A stretch of DNA of 64,000 nucleotides from Candidatus Oxydemutator sp. GTDB lineage: Bacteria > Pseudomonadota > Gammaproteobacteria > Poriferisulfidales > Oxydemutatoraceae. Made by a program: the position numbers and the translations under genes. Of this stretch, positions 28,501-40,146 are shown one piece after another. The number at the start of each line of letters is the position of its first letter. Position 1 is the first letter of the stretch. The DNA is taken from positions 768,001 to 832,000 of the forward strand of contig OZ241883.1 of NCBI GenBank assembly GCA_965203445.1. The letters are read 5' to 3'. Under the pieces are notes generated by a model, which ran no database searches, was not told where the DNA came from, and saw only the letters and a list, made by a program, of their open reading frames with translations.

Positions 28501-31500
28501 CAGGCCGCCCCTTCTGGGACCTCCATCTTGTGAACCCCCGGTCACCTTGCCTATCGAGTAACTGGCACTCACCACCGAACCTGCAACGGCTTCGCCTATC
28601 AGACCACCCGAGTTGTTCCTGGCCGCGTGCACTGCCACGTTCGCGTAACTCGCTATTACCACGCCATGATTGACACCCACCAGACCACCCGCCGACCAAC
28701 CACCCGTTACGCCGCCGCCCGCCACCCAACACGCCGCCACCCTGCCGTCGTTGCGACCCACCAACGCACTCGTAAAAACACTGTCGTCCCCCACGTTCAC
28801 GCGCGCGTTCCTTACGCCCACGTTGCGGATCGTGCCGCCGACGCCCACGGCGCTGAACAATGCCGCGTAATTCAAGTTCGACATCGAAACGATACTCATG
28901 CTGCTTATCACAAAGCCGTTGCCTTCAAAAACCGCGGTGTAATACGCCAACGGACTCCCGCCCCCTATCGGGATCCAGTCATCGCCTGACAAATCCAGGT
29001 CGTTCACCAACTCGTAGCCTTTGCAGCCGCCCGGACACCCGCTTTCGTCGAAAAACGGAAACGCTTCTTCGTAAGCAACCACGTCGTCTCCATCAGCCAC
29101 GCCGCGCAAGCCCATACCGCCCAAGTCATAGCGGATCGCCTTCAACTGCGTCGTCGTCATAACGTCTATCAGATTGTTGTCGTCGGGGTCATAATCGTTC
29201 CCATTCGAGGCGATGACGCTGACGACCGCGGAACTGGCGGCGCTCAGACGCAGCCCGTCCAAACCCCTCGGCTCGCTCAAGCGCACGCGGAACGTCTCTC
29301 TCCCTTCCGATCCGTCGCCATCCTCGATAGCTATCCTGAAAACCGCGCTGTCGGTGCCCGCCAGAACCACCTGCCCGCGCGTCGCCGCGGAAAAGTCGTC
29401 CGCATCGGCGTGGCCCATGCCGACGCCGGTGAACTCCACCGACCAGGTCATCGTCACCGCGGGACCGTAAGCGCCCAATGTCACCGCGTACTCCGCCTCC
29501 GCGCCCTCCAATTTGTTTCCGGCGCCCTGCGACAACGTCACCAATACATTGGCCACCGGGCGCTGCGCCCGGACGCCGGTGGTGTTGCCCTTGGGATAAC
29601 GCGCGCTTACGCCGCGCAACGCCGGATAATCCACATTCGTGCCGAAATCCCACGGGTTGTCGTCGTCCAGCGTCGAAACGCCCATCACCGTGCTCGACGT
29701 ATCGTCCACGTTCAGACCGCTCCAGGCCGCATAAATGCCCTCGGCCGCGATCGGCGAACGCAACGCCCGGCTCGTCTGTACCGCCGACGACGACACGTCC
29801 ACACCGCCCGACGATAAGCCGCTGCGTTGTCTGTCAAAGTAACTGCTCTCTATCGCGCCATCGTTGTGGCCCACCAGACCGCCCATGTCCCTGTCTCGCA
29901 CGCCGCGAACTCGAACATTCTCCAGTTTCACATTTCTCAATGAATAACTCGCTATGATCTTCGCGCCGGGGGCGTTATAACCCACCAGACCACCGGCACC
30001 GGCCGCACCCGTCCCCACCGTCACGTCGGTGTAGCTGGCAATGATCGTTCCCCCATTGAAGGCCACCAGACCACCCACACCCCAACCGCCGATCATATCT
30101 CCATCGGGGTGCCCTCTGCCCGTCACCCAACACGCCGCCACCTTGCCGCCGTAGTTGACCCCCACCAATCCGGCCGTCTGTATACTGCTTGGATGCAAGG
30201 CCACGCGCACGTCCGCCAGGCCCACGTTGCGGATGACACCGCCTACGCCCAAGCCCTGGAACAAGGCCACAAATTGCCAAGGCCTCCCCCCACTGACTAC
30301 TCTCATATTGCTGATAACGTGGCCGTTGCCTTCGAATACTCCTTTGTAAAGGTATTCCTCGGGCAGCCGTTGACCGGGGCCGCGGGCATCGCGTAGCCCG
30401 CTCCCTATCGGTTGCCAAGTCAGGCCCGACAAGTCCAGGTCGTTCAACAATTCGTAGCCGGTGCAGCCGCGCGTACACGTCTCCCCCACGTCAAAAAACG
30501 GATACGCGGCTTCGTACGCGACTACGTCTCCATAATCCACGCCGGCCAGACCTCTGCCTCTCAAATCATGGGTTATCGCCGCCAACTGCGACGTCGTCGC
30601 GACCTCTATCAGACCATCGTCATTTTCGTCGTAGTCCCTACCCTGCGGTGCGATGAAGCTGACGACCGCGGAAGCGGCGACGCTCAAACGAAAGTTGTCC
30701 GCGCCCTGCAAATCAGAAAGCCGCACCCGAAAACGCTCCAGCCGTTCCAACCCGTCGTCCTCTTCGATGGTTATCCTGAAAACCGCGCTGTCGGTATTGA
30801 CCAGAACCACCTCCCCGCTCGTCGCACCGGAAAAATCGGCCGCGGCGGCGTGGCCGGTGCCGGCACCGGTCAGCTCCACCGACCAATTCATCGTAACCGC
30901 GCCGACACTGGGAACGTCAAGTTCCACCGCATACGTCGCCGTCGAACCTTCCGTTGCCAGAACGTCGCCTCGCTGCGATAGCGTCGCCAATACCGGCGGC
31001 TGCAAGCGCCGCTGCACGCCGGCACTCGTGCTGTTGCCGGTGGGATAACGCGCGCTCATGCCGCGCAGCAACGGATATTCCGAACTATTCCCGAAATCCC
31101 ACGGCGCGTCGTTGAAGTCGCCGTCGGCGTCCACATCCAACTTGTCCCAACCGGCGTAGATGCCCATAGCCGACGTCGGGCCGCGCAACTCGGCGGACGT
31201 CCTGGCGGGCGCACTGTTCGACGACGGCATGCTCGTACCGCAGCACGCACTCAACCCGGCGCGCCGGCGGTCAAAGTAGCTTGACTGAAGCTCCAAAAAG
31301 GAAGAATCATTAAACCCTGTCAAACCGCCTCTATGACCTCCCCCGCCGGTCGGAACCCCTATCGTGTAGCTGGCGCTCACTACGGACTGGCCCACGCCCA
31401 CGCCGCCGCTCACGCTGCCTATCAAACCGCCCGCTCTTTGTCCCCGGCCATGCACCGCCACGTCGCTGTAACTGGCAATCACGGTTCCCCCGAAGATCTC

Positions 31501-34500
31501 GCCCACCAGACCGCCTACCGCCCAGGAACCGGTCACCACCCCGCCGACCGCGTAACTCGCCGCTATCCTGCCGTAGGCAGTCCCCGCCAACGCGCCTACC
31601 CCCACGCTTTCAGGCGCATTCACGCTCACGTTCTCCAGACCTACCGAACGGATTTTGCCGCCGGCGCCCAAGATGCCGAACAAGCCCACGTCGTCATAAC
31701 GATCACTGCCGACGGCTCGTGTGAACTTCATGTTCCTGACGACGTGGCCGTTGCCTTCGAATACGGCGTTGTAGCGGGACGACCCCCTGCCTATCGGGAT
31801 CCAGTCATCGCCTGACAAATCCAGGTCGTTCACCAACTCGTAGCCTTTGCAGCCGCCCGGACACCCACTTTCGTCAAAAGACGGAAATGCCTCGTCGTAA
31901 GCGACCATGTCTCCATCAGCCACGCCGCGCAAACCCATACCGCCCAAGTCATAGCGGATCGCCGACAACTGCGACGTCGTCATAACGTCTATCAGATTGT
32001 TGTCGTCGGCGTCGTAATCTACTTCGTCCCTTGCGATGACGCTGACGACCGCGGAACTGGCTGCATCCAGACGCAACCGCTCCAAACCCCTCGGCTCGCT
32101 CAAGCGCACGCGGAACGTCTCTTCGCTTTCTTCCAACACGTTGTCATCCTTGATAGTGATCGTGAAAACCGCGCTGTCGGTGCCCACCAGAACCACCTGC
32201 CCGCGCGTCGCCGCGGAAAAGTCGTCCGCATCGGCGTGGCCCATGCCGACGCCGGTGAACTCCACCGACCAGGTCATCGTCACCGCGGGACCGTAAGCGC
32301 TCAATGTCACCGCGTACTCCGCCTCCGCGCCCTCCAATTTGTTTCCGGCGCCCTGCGACAACGTCACCAATACGTCGGCCACCGGGCGCTGCACTCGGAT
32401 GCCGGTGGTGTTGCCGTTCGGGTAACGCGCGCTTACGCCGCGCAACGCCGGATAATCCAGATTCGTGCCGAAATCCCACGGGTTGTCGTCGTCCAGCGTC
32501 GAAACGCCCATCACCGTGCTCGACGTATCGTCCACGTTCAGACCGCTCCAGGCGGCATAAATGCCCTCGGCCGCGATCGGCGAACGCAACGCCTGGCTCG
32601 TCTGTGCCGCCGACGACGACACTCTCAGACCGCCCGACGATAAGCTGCTGCGTTGTCTGTCAAAGTAACTGCTCTCTATCGCGGTTGACGCAGCATTGTT
32701 GACGCCCACCAGACCGCCGATGTTCCTATCTGGCATTGATATGCCGCCAATTCGAACCGACTGCAGTTCCACCTCTCTCAATGAATAACTCGCTATGATC
32801 TTCGCGCCGGGGGCGTTATAACCCACCAGACCGCCGGCATTCATCGCACCCAGCCCCACGTACACGTCGGTGTAGCTGGCAATGATCGTCCCCTCATTGA
32901 CGGCCACCAGACCACCCACGCCCCAACCGCCGATCACCCCGACGTCCCTACCACCAATCTCCCCCATAGGCCCCCTCACGTAACTCGCCACCACCTTGCC
33001 GCCGTAATTGACCCCCGCCAATCCGCCCGTCTGTATACTGTTCGGATGCACGAACACGTCCACGTCCGCCAGGCCCACGTTGCGGATGACACCGCCTGCG
33101 CCCAAGCCCTGGAACAAGGCCGCAAAGTGCCAGATAATATCCCGGCTGCCGCCCACTATCATATTGCTGATAACGTGGCCGTTGCCTTCGAACACCCCTT
33201 TGTAAAGGTGCTCCTCGGGCAGCCGTTGACCGTCGCCGCGGTTATCGCGTCCCCCGCCCCCTATCGGGTTCCAGTCCTCGCCCGCCAGGTCCAGGTCGTT
33301 CACCAACTCGTAGCCGGTGCAGCCGCGCGTACACGTCTCCCCCACGTCAAAAAACGGAAACGCGGCTTCGTACGCGACCACGTCTTCATAATCCACGCCA
33401 GCCAGACCTCCGCCTCTCAAGTCATGGGTTATCGCCGCCAACTGCGACGTCGTCGCGACCTCTATCAGACCATCGTCATTTTCGTCGTAGTCCCGCCCCT
33501 GCGGTGCGATGATGCTGACGACCGCGGAAGCGGCGACGCTCAAACGAAAGTTGTCCGGCCCCCGCAAATCAGAAAGCCGCACCCGAAAACGCTCCAGCCG
33601 TTCCAGCACCTCGTCCCTCGCTATCTCCACCGTGAAAACCGCGCTGTCGGTATTGATCAGAACCACCTCCCCGCTCGTCACACCGTCAAAATCGGCCGCG
33701 GCGGCGTGGCCGGTGCTGGCGCCGGTCAACTCCACCGACCAATTCATCGTAACCGCGCCGACGCTCGGAACGTCAAGCTCCACCGCATACGTCGCCGTCG
33801 AGCCTTCCATTGCCAGAAAACCGCCTCGCTGCGACAGCGTCGCCAATATCGGCGGCTGCAAGCGCCGCTGCACCGCGGCACTCGCGGTGTTGCCGGTGGG
33901 ATAACGCGCGCTCATACCGCGCAGCAACGGATAATCCAGACTACTCCCGAAATCCCACGGCGCGTCGTTGAAGTCGCCGTCGCCGGCCACGTCCAACCTG
34001 TCCCAACCGGCGTAGATGCCGGTAGCCTCGGTCGGGATGCGCAACTCGGCGGACGTCTTCGGCGTATTGTCCGGCGACGGCGGGTTCGTGCCGCAGCACC
34101 GCGTCTGTCCGGTGCGCTCGCGATCAAAGTAGCTTGACTGGATCTCCACCGTAGAGAGACGAAACCCCATCAAACCGCCTCTATGGCCTCCCCCGCCGGT
34201 CGGAACCCCTATCGTGTAGCTGGCGCTTACGATGGACACGCCCTGGGCGCTGCCTATCAAACCGCCCGCTCTTTCCCCCCTGCCATGCACCGCGGCGTCG
34301 CTATAACCGGCAATCACGCTTCCCCCGCGCATCTCGCCTACCAGACCGCCTACGGCCCAGCTACCGGTCACCACCCCGCCAACCGCGTAACTCGCCGCTA
34401 TCCTGCCGTAAGCGATCCCCACCAACGCGCCTACCCCCACGCTTTCAGGCGCATGCACGCTCACGTTCTCGATGCCTGCCGAACGGATCTTGCCGCCGGC

Positions 34501-37500
34501 GCCCAAGGCGCCGAACAAGCCCACGCCGTCATAACGAGGACTGCCGACGGTTCGTGTGAACTTCATGTTCCTGACGATGTGGCCGTTGCCTTCGAATACC
34601 GCGTTGTAGCGGTCCGATGTCCCTCCCCCGCCTATCGGCGTCCAGTCCTCACCCGACAAGTCTATATCGTTCGACAACTCGTAGCCTTTGCAACCACCCG
34701 GACAAGTCTCGAACTCGTCAAAAAACGGAAATGCCGCGCTATAGGTGGTCGCATATGCTGCCCTGTCGGGCACGCCGTCGCCGTCCAGGTCATAGCGGAT
34801 CGCCGCCAACTGCGACGTCGTCATAACGTCTATCAGATCGTTGTCGTCGGGGTCATAATCGTTCCCATTCCTGGCGATAACACTGACGACCGCGGAACTG
34901 GCGACACGCAAACTCACGTTGTCCGGGCCTTGCAAATTGCTTAGCCGCACCCGAAACGTCTCCCGCAACTCCGGCACCTCGTCCTCTACTATCTCGACCT
35001 GGAAAACCGCGCTGTCGGTGTTGACGATGGTTATCGTCCCCGTCGTCACCACGGGAGGATTGGCACGACTGGTACTGGTATCGGGAAAATCGGCCACGGC
35101 CGCGTGGCCGGCGCCGGCACCGGCATCGGTCAATTCCACGGACCAAGTCATCGTAATCGCGGCGCTGATGGGAAAATCCAATTCCACCGCGTACGTTACC
35201 GTCGAGCCTTCCGCCACCAGATCGCCGCCTCGCTGCGACAACGCCACCAATATCGGCGGCTGCAAACGCCGCTGCACGTCGGCATTCGTAGTGTTGCCGG
35301 CGACGGGATAACGCGCGCCCACGCCGCGCAGCACCGGATAATCCAAATCACTCCCGAAATCCCACGGCGCGTCGTTGCGCTCGCCGTCGCCGTCCAGATC
35401 CAACTGGTCCCAACCGGCGTAGATGGTGTCCGCCGTCGTCGTCGGGTTGCGCAAATCGAACGATGTCTTCGGCGTATTGTCCGGCGACAGCGGACCCTCC
35501 CGGCCGCAGCACGAACTCTGCCCGCTGCGCCAGCGATCAAAGTAGCTCGACTGAATCCCGGCCGATGGACTGCGCCCCCCCGTCACACCGCCGATCCGGA
35601 AACCGCTCCTTCGCATCGTCGACAACGTGTAACTGGCGCTCACTATGCTCCTGCCGACGACGGTGCCTGCCAGAGCGCCCAACAGCCGAGACATGCTATC
35701 CACCAACACGTTGGCATAACTGGCAATGATGATTCCACTCCCGCCCACGGAGCCCACCAGACTGCCCGTTTGAAAACCGCCGACCACCGTGCCACCCACC
35801 ACGTAACTCGACGCTATCCTGCCGTGGGCATCCCCCGCCAACGCGCCCGTCCGGAAGCTTTCTACATCCACGCGCACGTACACGTCCACCAGACCCACGT
35901 TGCGGACGATACTGTCGGCGCCCAGGAAGCGGAACAAACCCACGTACTCCCAAGCGCGATTCCCGCCGTCAATGCGCATGTTCCTGATGACGTGGCCGTT
36001 GCCTTCGAACACCCCGTTGTAACGGTTCTCATCGGGAAAAGGGGCATTATTAAAAGTGCGCGGCCCACCCCCTATCGGGTCCCAGTTCTCGCCCGACAGG
36101 TCCACGTCGTTCAGCAATTCATAACCGGTGCAGGTGGTAGGACAACCCATGCCCTGCATGGCGCCGGGAAACGCGGTGTCATAATCGGCCGCGGCGGCGT
36201 TGCCGGCACCCGTCAGATCGTGGGTGATGGCCTCCAACTGCGCCCGATTCCGGACGTCTATCAGATTGTTGTCGTCGGTGTCATAATCAAATCCATTCGC
36301 TTCAATAACGCTGATGACCGCGGAGCTGGCGGCACGCAAACGCACGTTGTCCGGGCCTTGCAAATTGCTTAGCCGCACCCGAAACGTCTCCCGCAACTCC
36401 GGCATCCCGTCCTCTACTATCCCGACCTGGAAAACCGCGCTGGCGGTGTTGACGATGGTGATCGTCCCCGTCGTCACCACGGGAGGATTGGCACGACTGG
36501 TACTGGTATCGGGAAAATCGGCCACGGCCGCGTGGCCGGCACCGGCACCGGTCAATTCCACGGACCAAGTCATCGAAATCGGGTCGGCGCTGCGAGCATC
36601 AAGTTCCACCGCGTACGTTACCGTCGAACCTTCCGCCACTACGTCGCCGCCTCGCTGCGACAACGCCACCAATATCGGCGGCTGCAAACGCCGCTGCACG
36701 CCGACATTCGTGGTGTTGCCGGCGACGGGATAACGCGCGCTCACGCCGCGCAGCACCGGATATTCCGACTCACTCCCGAAATCCCACGGCGCGTCGTTGC
36801 GCTCGCCGTCGCCGTCCAGATCCAACTGGTCCCAACCGGCGTAGATGGTGTCCGCCGTCGTCGTCGGGGTGCGCAAATCGAGGGATGTCTGCGGCGTATT
36901 GTCCGGCGACAGCGGGCCCACCCCGCCGCAGCATGAACTCTGCCCGCTGCGCCAGCGATCAAAGTAGCTCGACTGAATCTCGGCCGTTCCAAAAAAACGC
37001 GATGCACTACGCCCTCCCGCCAGACCGCCGATCTGGGAACCGCTCCTTTGCATCGTCGACAACGTGTAACTGGCGCTCACTATACTCATGTCGGCGGCGG
37101 AGCCTACCAGACCGCCCAAAAACGCCCCCGAGCTATCCACCGACACGTTGGCATAACTGGCAATGATGATTCCACTCCCGGCCACGGAGCCCACCAGACT
37201 GCCCGTGAGAAGATCGCCGACCACCGTGCCACTCACCACGTAACTCGACGCTATCCTGCCGTAGGCATCCCCCGCCAACGCGCCCGCGAAGCGGCCTTCA
37301 TCCACGCGCACGTACACGTCCACCAGACCCACGTTGCGCACGACACTGTCGGCGCCCAGGCCGCGGAACAAACCCACGTACTCCCAAATGCCACTCCCGC
37401 CGTCAATGCGCATGTTCCTGATGACGTGGCCGTTGCCTTCGAACACCCCGTTGTAACGGTTCTCATCAGGCATATTATCATCAGGCGAATTATCCAGCCA

Positions 37501-39203
37501 ATCGCGCGGCCCACCCCCTATCGGGTCCCAGTTCTCGCCCGACAGGTCGACGTCGTTCAGCAATTCATAACCGGTGCAGGTGCCGGGACAACCCATGCCC
37601 TGCATGGCGCCGGGAAACGCGGTGCCATAGGCGGCGGGGGCGGCGTTGCCGGCGCCCGTCAGATCGTGGGTGATGGCCTCCAACTGCGCCCGATTCCGGA
37701 CGTCTATCAGATTGTTGTCGTCGGTGTCATAATCAAATCCATGCGCTTCAATAACGCTGATGACCGAGGAGCTGGCGGCACTCAAACGCACGTTGTCCGG
37801 GCCTTGCAAATTGCGTAGCCGCACCCGAAACGTCTCCCGCAACTCCGGCATCTCGTCCTCTACTATCCCGACCTGGAAAACCGCGCTGTCGGTGCCCGCC
37901 AGAACCACCTGCCCTCGCGTCGAACCGTCAAAATCGGCCGCCTCGGCGTGACCGGTGCTGGCGCCGGTCAACTCCACGGACCAATTCATCGTAACCGCGC
38001 CGACACTGGGAACGTCCAATTCCACCGCGTACGTCGCCGTCGAACCTTCCGTTGCCAAAACGCCGCCTCGCTGCGACAGCGTCGCCAATACCGGAGGCTG
38101 CAAGCGCCGCTGCACAACGATATTCGTGGTGTTGCCGGTGGGATAACGCGCGCTCATGCCGCGCAGCAACGGATATTCCGAACTATTCCCGAAGTCCCAC
38201 GGCGCGTCGTTGAAGTCGCCGTCGCCGTCCAGATCCAATCTGTCCCAACCGGCGTAGATGGTGTCCGCCGTCGTCGTCGGGTTGCGCAAATCGAACGATG
38301 TCTTCGGCGTATTGTCCGGCGACAGCGGGCCCACCTGGCCGCAGCACGAACTCTGCCCACTGCGCTCGCGATCAAAGTAGCTCGACCGAATCTGGGCCGA
38401 TAGACTGCGGCCCCCCGCCACACCGCCGATCTGGAAACCGCTCCTTCGCATCGTCGCCAACGTGTAACTGGCGCTCACTATGCTCATGTCGGCGACGCCG
38501 CCTGCCAGACCGCCCAAAAACGCCCCCGGGCTATCCACCGACACGTTGGCATAACTGGCAATGATGATTCCACTCCCGGCCACGGAGCCCACCAGACTGC
38601 CCGTGAGAAGATCGCCGACCACCGTGCCACTCACCACGTAACTCGACGCTATCCTGCCGTAGGCATCCCCCGCCAACGCACCCGTCAGGCGGCTGCCTCC
38701 ACCCACGCTCACGTACACGTCCACCAGACCCACGTTGCGCACGACACTGTCAACGCCCAGGCCGCGGAACAAACCCACGTACTCCAAGCGCCATTCCCGC
38801 CGTCAATGCGCATGTTCCTGATGACGTGGCCGTTGCCTTCGAACACCGTGTTGTAACGGTTCTCATCGGGCAAATTATCATCCCAAACGGGCGGCCCACC
38901 CCCTATCGGGTTCCAGGCCCTGCCCGACAGGTCCACGTCGTTCAGCAATTCATAACCGGTGCAGGTGCCGGGACAACCCATGCCCGGCACGGCGTCGGGA
39001 AACGCAGTGCTATAAGCGGCGGGGGCGGCGTTGCCGGCACCCGTCAGATCGTGGGTGATGGCCTGCAACTGCGTCGAAGTCCTGACGTCTATCAGATTGT
39101 TGTCATTGACGTCATAGTCGACGCTGCCCGTCGGGGTTTGGGCCGCGACGCCGGCGGCAAAAGCCATCAACAGCAAGCACGCGGCAATTCTCATCGTCCA
39201 CAC
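25573..39203 (-). CDS. Giant secreted adhesin-like protein 3 (~4540 aa; 9 modules + shared C-terminal domain), split by a 1-bp frameshift at ~38785
   Basis: ORF 38709..39203 (signal peptide, near-identical to the adhesin 2 N-terminus) joins ORF 25573..38787 if one G is restored in GCT TGG [G]AG TAC; the paralogous module at ~35945 has the extra base. Confidence 0.88.
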
Positions 39204-39468
39204 CCTGCTATGCGGGATCAGGGGGGGGATAGGCGGATGTCGCGCATCATGCGCTGATTATAATCCTGTATGTTCACTAAAACCGTCCCCCTGAGAAGTC
39301 TCCGAAAAACACGGGCGGTTCAAGGTAAGTTGGCGTCGGGCATCGGCGAATAGATGAGGCGGTCACTTCTCTTATTATAATATACACGGGGCTTTACCAT
39401 CTCGCGTCAGCGCGCGGCGTTCTCGCCGCCGCACGCATGGCCGCCGGTTCGTCGGCTACAATCCGCTC

Positions 39469-40116
39469 ATGGACGACAATGCCGAGCAATTCCTGCGCTT
39501 TGCGCTGAAATACAAGGCCCTGCAATTCGGTTCCTTTGAACTGAAGTCCGGCAGAATCAGCCCCTACTTCTTCAACACGGGCGTCTTCGACGACGCCGGC
39601 GCGCTCGCGCAATTAGGGCACTTCTACGCGAACGCCATCGTGCGCGATGCAGCCCCATTCGAGGTCCTCTTCGGAACCGCCTACAAAGGCATCCCGCTGG
39701 TGTGCGCAACCGCGCTGGCCCTGCACCGGGAATTCGGCGTCACCAAGCCTTTCGCCTACAACCGCAAAGAGGCCAAGACGCACGGCGAGGGCGGGCGCCT
39801 CGTCGGCGCGCCGCTGCGCGGGCGGGTGCTGATCATAGACGACGTCATCAGCGCGGGCACCGCCGCGCGCGAGGCCATCGCCATCATCCGCGACGCCGGC
39901 GCGCGGCCCTCGGCACTGCTCATCTCCTTCGACCGCCGCGAAAAAGGCACCGGGGCAACCTCGGCGGCGCAAGAACTACAGCGACGGTTCGGCGTCCGCG
40001 TGACCAGCATCGCCGACGCGACCCAGCTGGCGGCGATGCTCGAGGCAGACCCCGCGCATGCCTCCTCGCTCGAGGGCTTCCGCGCCTACCGCAAACGCTA
40101 CGCGGCCGCCTCCTGA
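39469..40116 (+). CDS. pyrE: Orotate phosphoribosyltransferase
   Basis: FGSFELKSGRISPYFFNTG, LFGTAYKGIPL, NRKEAKTHGEGG, IIDDVISAGTA PRPP-binding motif. Confidence 0.97.
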   Translation: MDDNAEQFLRFALKYKALQFGSFELKSGRISPYFFNTGVFDDAGALAQLGHFYANAIVRDAAPFEVLFGTAYKGIPLVCATALALHREFGVTKPFAYNRKEAKTHGEGGRLVGAPLRGRVLIIDDVISAGTAAREAIAIIRDAGARPSALLISFDRREKGTGATSAAQELQRRFGVRVTSIADATQLAAMLEADPAHASSLEGFRAYRKRYAAAS

Positions 40117-40146
40117 AGCCACTCCCGAAGCCATGCCGACCCGTTC

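Noticed and set aside
1-39203. Diversity-generating retroelement or shufflon as the source of module variation
   Set aside because: No reverse transcriptase or site-specific recombinase, no adenine-specific template/variable repeat pair noticed, and all modules are in direct orientation.
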